The notes under the pieces are model-generated. The model saw only the letters and a list, made by a program, of their open reading frames with translations. It did no database searches and was not told the origin of the DNA. A DNA stretch of 16,093 nt, from the NCBI GenBank assembly GCA_003978565.1, contig QNZC01000009.1, positions 1 to 16,093 on the forward strand, written 5' to 3'. Source of the stretch: Persephonella sp. GTDB taxonomy: Bacteria; Aquificota; Aquificia; Aquificales; Hydrogenothermaceae. The position numbers and the translations under genes are program-made. Shown here piece after piece: positions 9,238 to 16,093 of this stretch; position 1 is the stretch's first letter; each line of letters begins with the position of its first letter.

Positions 9238-10477
9238 AGAAAGTTTTAGTTTATTAATAAATAAAAATCTTTTTATTCAGTGGATTAGTGAGGATTTTGC
9301 ATATTACCTTGGATACACTAAGGAGGACCTTATAGGTAAAACTGCATCTCTTATACTTGATAAAAAAGTCTTAAACAGTCTCAATTTACCGAGGATTTTT
9401 GGAAAGGTTAAAGATAGTGCAAATAATACATACACAGGTATTTTTATTACTTCAAATGTTTTAGATAGATATGGAGAGCATAAAGGTTATTTTATACAGT
9501 TTATTTTAGAAGATAAAAAGGGAGAAGATGAGGAATTTTTTATATTTTCATCTAATAACTCAAGAATGCAGAAAATTGTTGATAAGGCGTTATTGGTAGC
9601 TTCTTCTTCCATTCCTATACTTATCATAGGTGAAACTGGAACGGGAAAGACTTCACTGGCAAAATTTATTCATTTAAACAGTAATAATGCTACCTCTCCT
9701 TTTGTCCCTGTTAGGTGTCCAGCTTTAAATGACAATAATTTTGAGATAGAACTCTTTGGTTATGAAAAGGGTGCTTTTGCAGGTGTGAATAGTTCTAAAG
9801 TTGGAAAGGTGGAACTTGCTGAAAATGGGACTTTACTATTTGATGAAATTGAGGAATTATCTAGCAATCTACAGGCTAAATTATCTATCTTCCTTGACAA
9901 TATGGAATACGAGAAGCTAGGTAGTAATAAAATAAGAAAGGCTAATGTAAGAATTATATCAACTTCCTCTAGAAATCTGTTAGGTGAAATAGAGAAGGAA
10001 AGTTTTAGACTTGATTTATACTATAAACTGGCTGTAATAAAGATAGAGCTTTTACCTTTAAGGGAGAGAAGGGAAGATATACCTCTACTTGTAAATAAAT
10101 TTTTATCTAGAAAGAAAAAGAAAATTAAACCAAAAGCCTTGAAATATCTAATGGAGCAGGACTGGTATGGAAATATAAGGGAGCTCTTCTCTGTTTTAGA
10201 AACGGCAGTAATTCTATCTAAAGATAGTGAAAGTATAGATATTCAACATCTAACAGAACAGTTTTACACTTTTGAAGAGATAGGGAAATTAAAAGAGCAA
10301 ATTAATGAACCGAAACTTTCAGAGGAGAAACTATTTAATGAAAAAGAAAGAATAAAGATTGCTTTACAAAAAACTAATGGAAACAGAAAAAAAGCGGCTG
10401 AGCTTTTAGGTATAAGTGTTCCTACTTTATGGAGAAAAATGAAAAAGTATAATCTTTTAGATGAGTTTAGAAAGTAG
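9224..10477 (+). CDS. PAS - AAA+ (sigma54-activator-type) - Fis-HTH transcriptional regulator, no receiver domain, degenerate GAFTGA
   Basis: The N-terminus has a PAS-like core (EDFAYYLGYTKEDLIGKTASLIL). The AAA+ module shows Walker A GETGTGKTS, ELFGYEKGAFAGV (9770-9787 encode GAFAGV), Walker B LLFDEIEEL and sensor II LPLRERREDIPLL. The C-terminal Fis-type HTH reads NRKKAAELLGISVPTLWRKMKKY. The start overlaps the TPR gene's 3' end by 14 nt. Confidence 0.85.
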   Translation: MKVFEESFSLLINKNLFIQWISEDFAYYLGYTKEDLIGKTASLILDKKVLNSLNLPRIFGKVKDSANNTYTGIFITSNVLDRYGEHKGYFIQFILEDKKGEDEEFFIFSSNNSRMQKIVDKALLVASSSIPILIIGETGTGKTSLAKFIHLNSNNATSPFVPVRCPALNDNNFEIELFGYEKGAFAGVNSSKVGKVELAENGTLLFDEIEELSSNLQAKLSIFLDNMEYEKLGSNKIRKANVRIISTSSRNLLGEIEKESFRLDLYYKLAVIKIELLPLRERREDIPLLVNKFLSRKKKKIKPKALKYLMEQDWYGNIRELFSVLETAVILSKDSESIDIQHLTEQFYTFEEIGKLKEQINEPKLSEEKLFNEKERIKIALQKTNGNRKKAAELLGISVPTLWRKMKKYNLLDEFRK

Positions 10478-10578
10478 TGAATATTTATCTTTTCTTTGTT
10501 TTTTAATTATCTTTTCTTAAACCACAAATTAGGCTTAAATATAATATATCCTTTAAATGAGAGGTAGATTAGTAAAAG

Positions 10579-11196
10579 TTGCAGTTTCCAAGATACGAAA
10601 GAATAAAAAACTTAGAAACTAAAAAGATGTCCATTCTAGTAGAGATAGCTTTCTTTGTAGTAGCTTTTCTCTTTATTTTATTTTCTATTTTTTTTGGAAA
10701 AGACACTTTAGAATTTATAAAACTAAAAAAAACGGAAAGAGACTTAGAATACTTTTCAGAAATTGTATATGAGTATAAAAAACTGTATAGATACCTTCCC
10801 GGAGATGACCCTTTTGCAGAGATAAGATGTCCATCTAGTATGTATATAGAAAATGGTAATGCTTCAGGATATATAGGGGATAGTGATAGTATTAACGAAG
10901 AAGAACAGGCAATAAGACACCTTAGATGTGCAAAAATTTTAAGTGGTGATGTTGATGAAAAATATATAAATTATCCTAGGAACTCATACGGTGGAATTTT
11001 TAAATTTAGCTATATAAATCTTAATGGAGAAAAATTTAATATTATTAAAGTTTATAAAATTCCTCTAGAGGTTATGAAAAAAATAGACAAAAATTTAGAT
11101 GATGGTGATTTAAAAACCGGGAGAATTTTAGTTATAAAAGAGAGAAAAAACAAAAAAAAGGAAGATGTGCTAATTTACATTTTAAAAGTTTATTAA
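10579..11196 (+). CDS. Type IV pilin / pseudopilin-like membrane protein (non-canonical leader); alternative start ATG 10627
   Basis: From Met at 10627 the protein reads MSILVEIAFFVVAFLFILFSIFFG, which resembles the mature pilin N-terminus (F)TLIE(L)... with Glu at position 5. The following YFSEIVYEYKKLYRYLPGDD resembles the GspG-type MYKLDNxxYPT region. There is no Gly at -1 for prepilin peptidase. The ORF-track start at 10579 is a TTG. Confidence 0.35.
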   Translation: MQFPRYERIKNLETKKMSILVEIAFFVVAFLFILFSIFFGKDTLEFIKLKKTERDLEYFSEIVYEYKKLYRYLPGDDPFAEIRCPSSMYIENGNASGYIGDSDSINEEEQAIRHLRCAKILSGDVDEKYINYPRNSYGGIFKFSYINLNGEKFNIIKVYKIPLEVMKKIDKNLDDGDLKTGRILVIKERKNKKKEDVLIYILKVY

Positions 11197-11198
11197 AA

Positions 11199-11828
11199 TT
11201 ACTCCTCTGTATGTGATCTACTATCTGAGAGTTTTTTTATAAAATCACAGGTTTCAAAGGTAATTTTATTTTTATTTTTAATATTAAAAAACTCCCTCTT
11301 TGATATTAATCTATTTTTATACATATCTTCTATTTCAAAACACGCTTCACAACAGTCTTTACTACAATCTAAAGAAAAATAATAAAGTGCCTTTTTTGGA
11401 GCATTCTTATGAAGATATAAATTTCCAAGTGAATAACATCCACCACAGTATTTTTCATTACTTTTTATAGAAAACTCACATGCTTTCTTCCAGTATTTTA
11501 TAGCTTTACTTTCATCTTTAGATACACTACCATATCCATTAAAGAAAAAATCTCCAACATTGTAGCAAGAAATTGCATTATTTAACTTATCACATCCTTT
11601 CTTAAACAGGAAAAAAGCTTCATTATATATTTCAAATGAGAATAGTATAGAAGCAGCTGTATTACATCCCTCAGCATCTCCATGTTCACAGGCTCTTTCA
11701 AATCTTTTCAGTTCTATAGATGTTTCTTCATCTATTTCTATTTCTTCTCCGAAAGAGTTAAATAACATTGAGAATAGCAAGAAAATAAAGAGAGATTTTA
11801 GAATATTTTTTTCTATAGAAATTAACAT
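11199..11828 (-). CDS. Secreted Sel1-like repeat (SLR) cysteine-rich protein, Helicobacter Hcp-family-like
   Basis: The start is re-called at the ATG (complement of 11826-11828) directly after GGGGAGGAAGAG; the track's TTG start adds 8 aa. A signal peptide MLISIEKNILKSLFIFLLFSMLFNSFG is present. Repeats carry paired Cys spaced 7-8 residues apart (ACEHGDAEGC, GCDKLNNAISC, KACEFS...CGGC) with the SLR signature ...GYGSVSKDESKAIKYWKKAC.... Confidence 0.7.
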   Translation of the reverse strand: MLISIEKNILKSLFIFLLFSMLFNSFGEEIEIDEETSIELKRFERACEHGDAEGCNTAASILFSFEIYNEAFFLFKKGCDKLNNAISCYNVGDFFFNGYGSVSKDESKAIKYWKKACEFSIKSNEKYCGGCYSLGNLYLHKNAPKKALYYFSLDCSKDCCEACFEIEDMYKNRLISKREFFNIKNKNKITFETCDFIKKLSDSRSHTEE

Positions 11829-11840
11829 CTCTTCCTCCCC
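11829..11840 (-). promoter_or_regulatory. Shine-Dalgarno GGGGAGGAAGAG for the Sel1-like gene
   Basis: The reverse complement of plus-strand ctcttcctcccc sits immediately 5' of the ATG whose complement is 11826-11828. Confidence 0.6.
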
Positions 11841-11998
11841 GCAGAGATACAATATTAATCTTTAATAATACACTTATTGTTTTAATTCAACAATTAAAAA
11901 TTTTACATTAATTCAAAATTTTTAGAAAAATTTAATATTTTATGAATTTTATCAAATTTGTTTCTATTATAATTAAAAACAAAAGGGAAAATTAAGAT

Positions 11999-12109
11999 TT
12001 AACTGATTTTATTGAAAAAATTTAATGGAGAGGGAAGGAGAAAGCAACTTCTATTTTCTTGAGATTTTGCATTTAGTAATGCTAATACGTGTTCCTTTCT
12101 AATTATCAT
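11999..12109 (-). CDS. Speculative small ORF (36 aa) with a strong SD in the long divergent intergenic region
   Basis: The minus-strand sequence GGAGGAAGAAA-ATG encodes MIIRKEHVLALLNAKSQENRSCFLLPSPLNFFNKIS. The SD TCTTCCTCC (plus strand 12112-12120) exactly duplicates the SD region of the Sel1-like gene (11830-11838). There is no other support. Confidence 0.15.
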   Translation of the reverse strand: MIIRKEHVLALLNAKSQENRSCFLLPSPLNFFNKIS

Positions 12110-12314
12110 TTTCTTCCTCCATATATTTTTTCCCTTAATTAAGACACATCATTAAATATCTTTTGTCAAAAAATATTAGTTTAAAGATATAATAAAATTT
12201 TATTTGCAAATTATAATAATTAAAACCCCTCCATATTATAAGAAATCATTGTCTTATCTTAGAATATTAACTATTAATAGCAATAGTATTTAAAATTTTT
12301 TCAAAGGTGAACCT

Positions 12315-13226
12315 ATGGATGTAATCTTAAACTTTTTGGTAAATATTGATTTTTCAGTTATCACATTAATTGGATTAATACTTTTTTTTCTTTTAATTCT
12401 ATTTTTCATAGTTTCAGTAAAGATAGTTCCTCATAAAGAGGCATGGATTGTAGAAAGGTTAGGTAAGTTTCATAAAATGGCAGAAAATGGATTGAATATA
12501 ATTGTCCCAGTTATAGATGAAGTTAAAGCTAGAATTTCATTAAAGGAGCAAGTAATGGACTTCCCTAAACAGGATGTCATTACGAAAGATAACGTTGTTG
12601 TAAAAGTTGACGCAATATGTTATTATCAAATAATAGAACCTCAAAAGGCATACTACAATATAGAAGATATAGAAAATGCCATAGAACAATCTGTTCAAAC
12701 TGCAGTTAGAGATATAGCCGGTAGCTTCAATTTGGATGAACTCCTTTCAGGTAGGGAGGAGGTTAACAAAAAAATACAGGAGTTGATGAAAGAAATATCT
12801 AAAGAGTGGGGGATTGTAATAAAAAGGGTTGAGTTAAAGGAGATAAATCCACCACCAGACATCATAGATGCAATGACCAAACTGATTGAGGCAGATAGAA
12901 CAAAAAAAGCTATGATAACTGAAGCCAAAGGTAAAAAAGAGGCTATGGAGTTGGAGGCAGAAGCTTTTAAGTATGTAAAATTGAGGGAGGCAGAGGCGTT
13001 AGAAAAGCTTGGGGAGGCACAGGCTAAAGCTATTAAACAGTTAGTTGAATTGGTTGGAGACCCTAAATTAGCGGCTATGTTAATAATTGGAGATAATTAT
13101 CTAAATGCGTTAAAGGATATGTCTCACAGTAAAAGCTCAAAGATGATAGTTCTGCCTCCTAATATAGATAGTCTTATAGATATGATTAGTAGGGGGAAGA
13201 ACAATGATGGAGGGAAAAACTCTTGA
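12315..13226 (+). CDS. SPFH/Band-7 (stomatin/QmcA-like) membrane protein
   Basis: The N-terminal TM helix is followed by an SPFH core (VKIVPHKEAWIVERLGKFHKMAENGLNIIVPVIDEV...QDVITKDNVVVKVDAICYYQI) and a C-terminal coiled-coil Ala/Glu/Lys-rich tail. The SD AAAGGTGA precedes it. Confidence 0.85.
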   Translation: MDVILNFLVNIDFSVITLIGLILFFLLILFFIVSVKIVPHKEAWIVERLGKFHKMAENGLNIIVPVIDEVKARISLKEQVMDFPKQDVITKDNVVVKVDAICYYQIIEPQKAYYNIEDIENAIEQSVQTAVRDIAGSFNLDELLSGREEVNKKIQELMKEISKEWGIVIKRVELKEINPPPDIIDAMTKLIEADRTKKAMITEAKGKKEAMELEAEAFKYVKLREAEALEKLGEAQAKAIKQLVELVGDPKLAAMLIIGDNYLNALKDMSHSKSSKMIVLPPNIDSLIDMISRGKNNDGGKNS

Positions 13227-13713
13227 AACTATTTTACTAATTTCTTTATCTTTAATTCTTATATCAGATATAATGTTCTCTCTTAATGGTTTTTTAATTC
13301 CTGTAGCATTATCAGTTATTATAAGCTATATAATTTTTATTCAAGTTCATTCCATTTATTATCTTATAATTGCATTTCCTTTAATACTATTTATTTTGTA
13401 TTTTTATAAGTTCAGTAGATTAGCAAACAAATTGAAAAGTTCAACAGTTGATGGTTATTTTAATTTACAAATGCTTTTTATCCCCTTATTTGAAAAACTT
13501 CAACCTTCAAAGAAGTTATATTTTAAATTAGCTGGTCAAAAGGGATATGTTATAAAAAAACTTGGAGATAATCTATATAGGGTTAGGTTTAATATAGGAG
13601 CTTTTGGTAAAACTAAATTTTTCTGTTATAGTGATGAACCTTTAGAATGGGGAAATCAAGTTAAAATAAAAGAATTAAAAGACGGAAAGATATATGTAGA
13701 AAAAGTTCCTTAA
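13204..13713 (+). CDS. NfeD-like (short form, YbbJ-like) membrane protein with C-terminal OB-fold
   Basis: The start overlaps the stomatin gene's 3' end by 23 nt. Two to three TM helices are followed by a C-terminal beta-rich region (GQKGYVIKKLGDNLYRVRFNIGAFGKTKFFCYSDEPLEWGNQVKIKELKDGKIYVEKV) typical of the NfeD C-domain. stomatin-nfeD pairing is a conserved arrangement. Confidence 0.65.
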   Translation: MMEGKTLETILLISLSLILISDIMFSLNGFLIPVALSVIISYIIFIQVHSIYYLIIAFPLILFILYFYKFSRLANKLKSSTVDGYFNLQMLFIPLFEKLQPSKKLYFKLAGQKGYVIKKLGDNLYRVRFNIGAFGKTKFFCYSDEPLEWGNQVKIKELKDGKIYVEKVP

Positions 13714-13729
13714 ATTCTAAATATTTTTT

Positions 13730-14194
13730 TCATATTTCATCGACATAACTAAATTTTAAAATATCTGGAAAGAAGTAGAACTCTTCTTCGGTAAAGTGGT
13801 CTTTTAAAGTTGTCAGATACTCATTAAAAGATTTTTTTAGATGATAATTTATAGATTTTCCTCTGTATTCATCTTCTCCATCTTTATATTTATTAATTAA
13901 AAAGTTGATATATTCCTCTATCTCTTCCAATGTTCTATGTCCGAAGTTTAAAGCCTCTGTATCAAACTCTGTTATTCCAGCTTCATTTATTAGATTATCT
14001 AAATCATTCTCTTCCACATAGGCATGTTTATTAACTTCAGAGAGAAAATTTTCTATTTTTTCAATAGTATCCTTATTAATTCCTTCCTCTAACTTACCTT
14101 TTATATACTCCCCTTCCTTTAAAAGTTTTTTATGTTCATCAGTTAATTTTGATAACAACTCTCTTATTTTCCTAAAAGTTTCTTTATCTCCCAT
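13730..14194 (-). CDS. Small acidic helical protein with hemerythrin/HHE-like His/Glu motifs (putative hemerythrin-like domain protein)
   Basis: DEHKKLL, HAYVEE, HRTLEEIEEY and the HFTEEEFYF (HFxxEE) motifs are reminiscent of hemerythrin-like cation-binding four-helix bundles. The start lies 2 nt after the upstream histidine kinase stop (TAGAAATG). Confidence 0.35.
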   Translation of the reverse strand: MGDKETFRKIRELLSKLTDEHKKLLKEGEYIKGKLEEGINKDTIEKIENFLSEVNKHAYVEENDLDNLINEAGITEFDTEALNFGHRTLEEIEEYINFLINKYKDGEDEYRGKSINYHLKKSFNEYLTTLKDHFTEEEFYFFPDILKFSYVDEI

Positions 14195-14196
14195 TT

Positions 14197-15417
14197 CTAT
14201 TTCCTTTTAGCTTTATTTCCTATATAAACTATAAATTCATTATACCCATCTTTAACATTAACTTTTATTTTAAATCCATAAATGTCGGAGATTTCCTTAA
14301 CTATAGATAAACCTATTCCTGAACCTTTAGAAGTAGAACGGGCTTCATCTTCCCTATAAAATCTTTCAAATATCTTTTCTGGATTTTTTATAGGTGTTCC
14401 TGTGTTCTTTACAGAAAAGTAATCTCTATCTATAACTATATAAATTTCTCCTTCTTTTTTATTGTATTTAATTGCATTACTGAGAAGGTTAGAAACAAGC
14501 ATTTCCATATGTCTGTAATTTGCAAAAACTTTTAATTCATCTCTCTCATCTAACTCAAGGAATATCTCTTTTTCACCTAATTTAGGAGTTAAAATGTCCA
14601 ACTGGTCTTTTATAACTTCGTTTATTGAAACTTCTGTTTTTTCAAACTGTTGTGTTTTTAGCTGAGCCATTAATGTTAAATCTGAAATAATATTCTTTAT
14701 ATACTTTATTGTTTTTTGTATTTGAGCTATATGTTCGTGGACTTCCTTAGGAGCTTTGTATTTAAGGAGAATTATATGATTAGAAATGACAGTTAAAGGT
14801 GTTCTCAAATCGTGGGAGATGTTCTCAATAAATCTTTCCTGTTTGTCCATAGCTTCCTTTAAAGGTGCAACAATCTTTTTTGAAAGGAAAAAGGATATTA
14901 TAAATATAAATCCTAAAGTTATTAGTATTGCATAAATAATAATATGTCTTAATTTTGAAAGTTCACTATAATCACTTTCAACATCCCTTCCAACATAAAT
15001 TTTATACTCCTCTGTATCTGTGAAAGTTTTAGTTCCATAGATAATTTTGGAATTATCAAGAATTTTTAAGCTTGTAAAATGTTTTTTTATATTACAGTTA
15101 TCTATATTCTTAGTAAGAACCAGTTTATCTTGACTATCATATATACATAGGTAAGTTCCCTCTGGAAGAATAAAGGGAGAGTATTTTAAAGGCTCAACAC
15201 TCTGTGTCTGTTCTATATTTTTTGAAATATCAAGGATAATATCCTTTACCTCATTTAAAGAAATTAAAAATATATCTTCCTTAAAGAAGTAGTATATTGT
15301 AAAACCAAAGATAGACAGAATAAGAAAAGATATTCCAGATATTAAAAAAGTTATTTCTAACCTAGCTTTTAGGTATTCATCTTTTATTAATTTAGGAATA
15401 CTTTTAAATTTCCACAT
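14197..15417 (-). CDS. Sensor histidine kinase (2 TM helices, ~115-aa periplasmic domain, HisKA plus HATPase_c)
   Basis: TM1 is FLISGISFLILSIFGFTIYYFF and TM2 is IIIYAILITLGFIFIISFFLS. The H-box reads FIENISHDLRTPLTVI, the N-box LVSNLLSNAIKYN and the G-box GSGIGLSIVKEISDIYG. Confidence 0.85.
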   Translation of the reverse strand: MWKFKSIPKLIKDEYLKARLEITFLISGISFLILSIFGFTIYYFFKEDIFLISLNEVKDIILDISKNIEQTQSVEPLKYSPFILPEGTYLCIYDSQDKLVLTKNIDNCNIKKHFTSLKILDNSKIIYGTKTFTDTEEYKIYVGRDVESDYSELSKLRHIIIYAILITLGFIFIISFFLSKKIVAPLKEAMDKQERFIENISHDLRTPLTVISNHIILLKYKAPKEVHEHIAQIQKTIKYIKNIISDLTLMAQLKTQQFEKTEVSINEVIKDQLDILTPKLGEKEIFLELDERDELKVFANYRHMEMLVSNLLSNAIKYNKKEGEIYIVIDRDYFSVKNTGTPIKNPEKIFERFYREDEARSTSKGSGIGLSIVKEISDIYGFKIKVNVKDGYNEFIVYIGNKAKRK

Positions 15418-15474
15418 TCAACCGATTTTAAGAATTTATGCTAGGTTTACAATTTAATCTTTTTAAAATAATTT

Positions 15475-16093
15475 TCAAACTTTTAATTTTGAAATTAAAA
15501 CTCCGTCTCTAATTGGAAGGATGGTGGTATCAAAGTTTCTAAACATATACTCTGTAAACTCTTTTATTTTTTTAGTTTTTCTATCTGGATTTTCCTCTAA
15601 AACCTTACCTTTCCATAAAACATTATCCGCTATAATAACTCCATCATCAGATAGATTTTGTTTAACTGTTTCTATAGCTTCAATATACCTTACCTTTTCT
15701 AAATCTAGAAAGAGAATATCTATATTTTTATACTTTTTAGCAATCTGAATACCATCTCCAACCTCAAATATAGCCCTATCTATCAGATTACCCTTCTGAA
15801 AGAATTCTTTAGCTTTATGTATACTCTCAGTTTTATAATCAGTTAAGACAACTTTTCCATCTTTTAAACCTTTTGCAAACCAATAGGCAGAGTATCCAAA
15901 TCCAGAACCTATCTCAACTATTAATTTCGGAGCCTTTAAAACAGTTATGAAATATAAAAATTTACCTACAATTCTATCAACTATAGGGAAATTTTCCCTC
16001 TCTGCCTTATCTTCCATTTCCAGAATAACTTCATCTACATCAATAAGGTTTTTTATATATATCTCTACTTCAGGATTGTTTATATAGCTCAAT
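15475..16093 (-). CDS. Class I SAM-dependent O-methyltransferase, family 3 (caffeoyl-CoA OMT-like); N-terminus at or just beyond window edge
   Basis: The SAM-binding motif I reads LIVEIGSGFGYSAYW. The acidic post-I motif VVLTD and the motif DILFLDLEK are typical of family-3 OMTs. The ORF reaches the window end, and the first in-window codon is a TTG. Confidence 0.65.
   Translation of the reverse strand, partial: LSYINNPEVEIYIKNLIDVDEVILEMEDKAERENFPIVDRIVGKFLYFITVLKAPKLIVEIGSGFGYSAYWFAKGLKDGKVVLTDYKTESIHKAKEFFQKGNLIDRAIFEVGDGIQIAKKYKNIDILFLDLEKVRYIEAIETVKQNLSDDGVIIADNVLWKGKVLEENPDRKTKKIKEFTEYMFRNFDTTILPIRDGVLISKLKV

Noticed and set aside
10578-10582. TTGCA resembling a sigma54 -12 element upstream of the pilin-like gene
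   Set aside because: The nearest upstream GG is at 10563-10564, giving G-to-G spacing of 16 rather than the required 11. There is no TGGCAC-like -24 element.
11829-11852. N-terminal extension of the Sel1-like protein from a TTG start
   Set aside because: The extension codes through GGGGAGGAAGAG, which is far better explained as the SD for the in-frame ATG at 11828-11826.
12271-12280. Perfect 10-bp palindrome CTATTAATAG about 35 bp upstream of the stomatin start, a possible operator
   Set aside because: Palindromes of this length are expected many times by chance in a 16-kb window of roughly 30% GC DNA, and it has no second half-site or repeat partner.
13714-13729. Possible bidirectional terminator between convergent nfeD and the hemerythrin-like gene
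   Set aside because: The 16-nt gap (taaattctaaatattttt) has no GC-containing stem. No hairpin can be supported from sequence.
1-16093. Search for CRISPR arrays, tRNA/rRNA genes, and IS elements or integrases
   Set aside because: There are no regularly spaced direct repeats, no GC-rich islands of tRNA-like length in this AT-rich background, no transposase or integrase-like ORFs and no terminal inverted repeats.

Overview
The window is AT-rich (roughly 30% GC by eye) and densely packed with genes. It looks like a bacterial chromosomal segment, possibly from an AT-rich thermophile. A stand-alone 5'-3' exonuclease and heavy AGA/AAA/ATA codon use fit an Aquificota-like lineage, but the lineage cannot be fixed from sequence alone. 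I support 16 protein-coding genes plus one speculative small ORF. No rRNA, tRNA, CRISPR array, transposase or integrase is visible.

Gene order:
- + strand: a partial stand-alone 5'-3' exonuclease, a DHH/DHHA1 phosphoesterase (NrnA-like) and a translationally coupled lipoprotein.
- - strand: TrmFO.
- + strand, a long co-directional run: a secreted Cys-rich HExxH protein, an outer-membrane beta-barrel with a His-rich N-terminus, FeoB (no FeoA), a membrane-anchored TPR protein, an overlapping PAS-AAA+-Fis regulator whose sigma54-contact motif is degenerate (GAFAGV), and a pilin-like membrane protein.
- - strand: a Sel1-like Cys-rich (Hcp-like) secreted protein, then a 486-bp ORF-poor divergent intergenic region.
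- + strand: stomatin (SPFH) and NfeD.
- - strand: a hemerythrin-like protein, a coupled sensor histidine kinase and a family-3 O-methyltransferase.

The best candidates for something undescribed are three:
- (a) the TPR-anchor / receiver-less bEBP-like regulator / pilin-like gene trio, with the adjacent Hcp-like gene;
- (b) the Cys-rich HExxH protein / His-rich outer-membrane barrel / FeoB run, read as a possible two-membrane ferrous-iron uptake module;
- (c) the orphan histidine kinase translationally coupled to a hemerythrin-like protein.

All functional calls are motif-level readings of the translated ORFs. None has been checked against a database.
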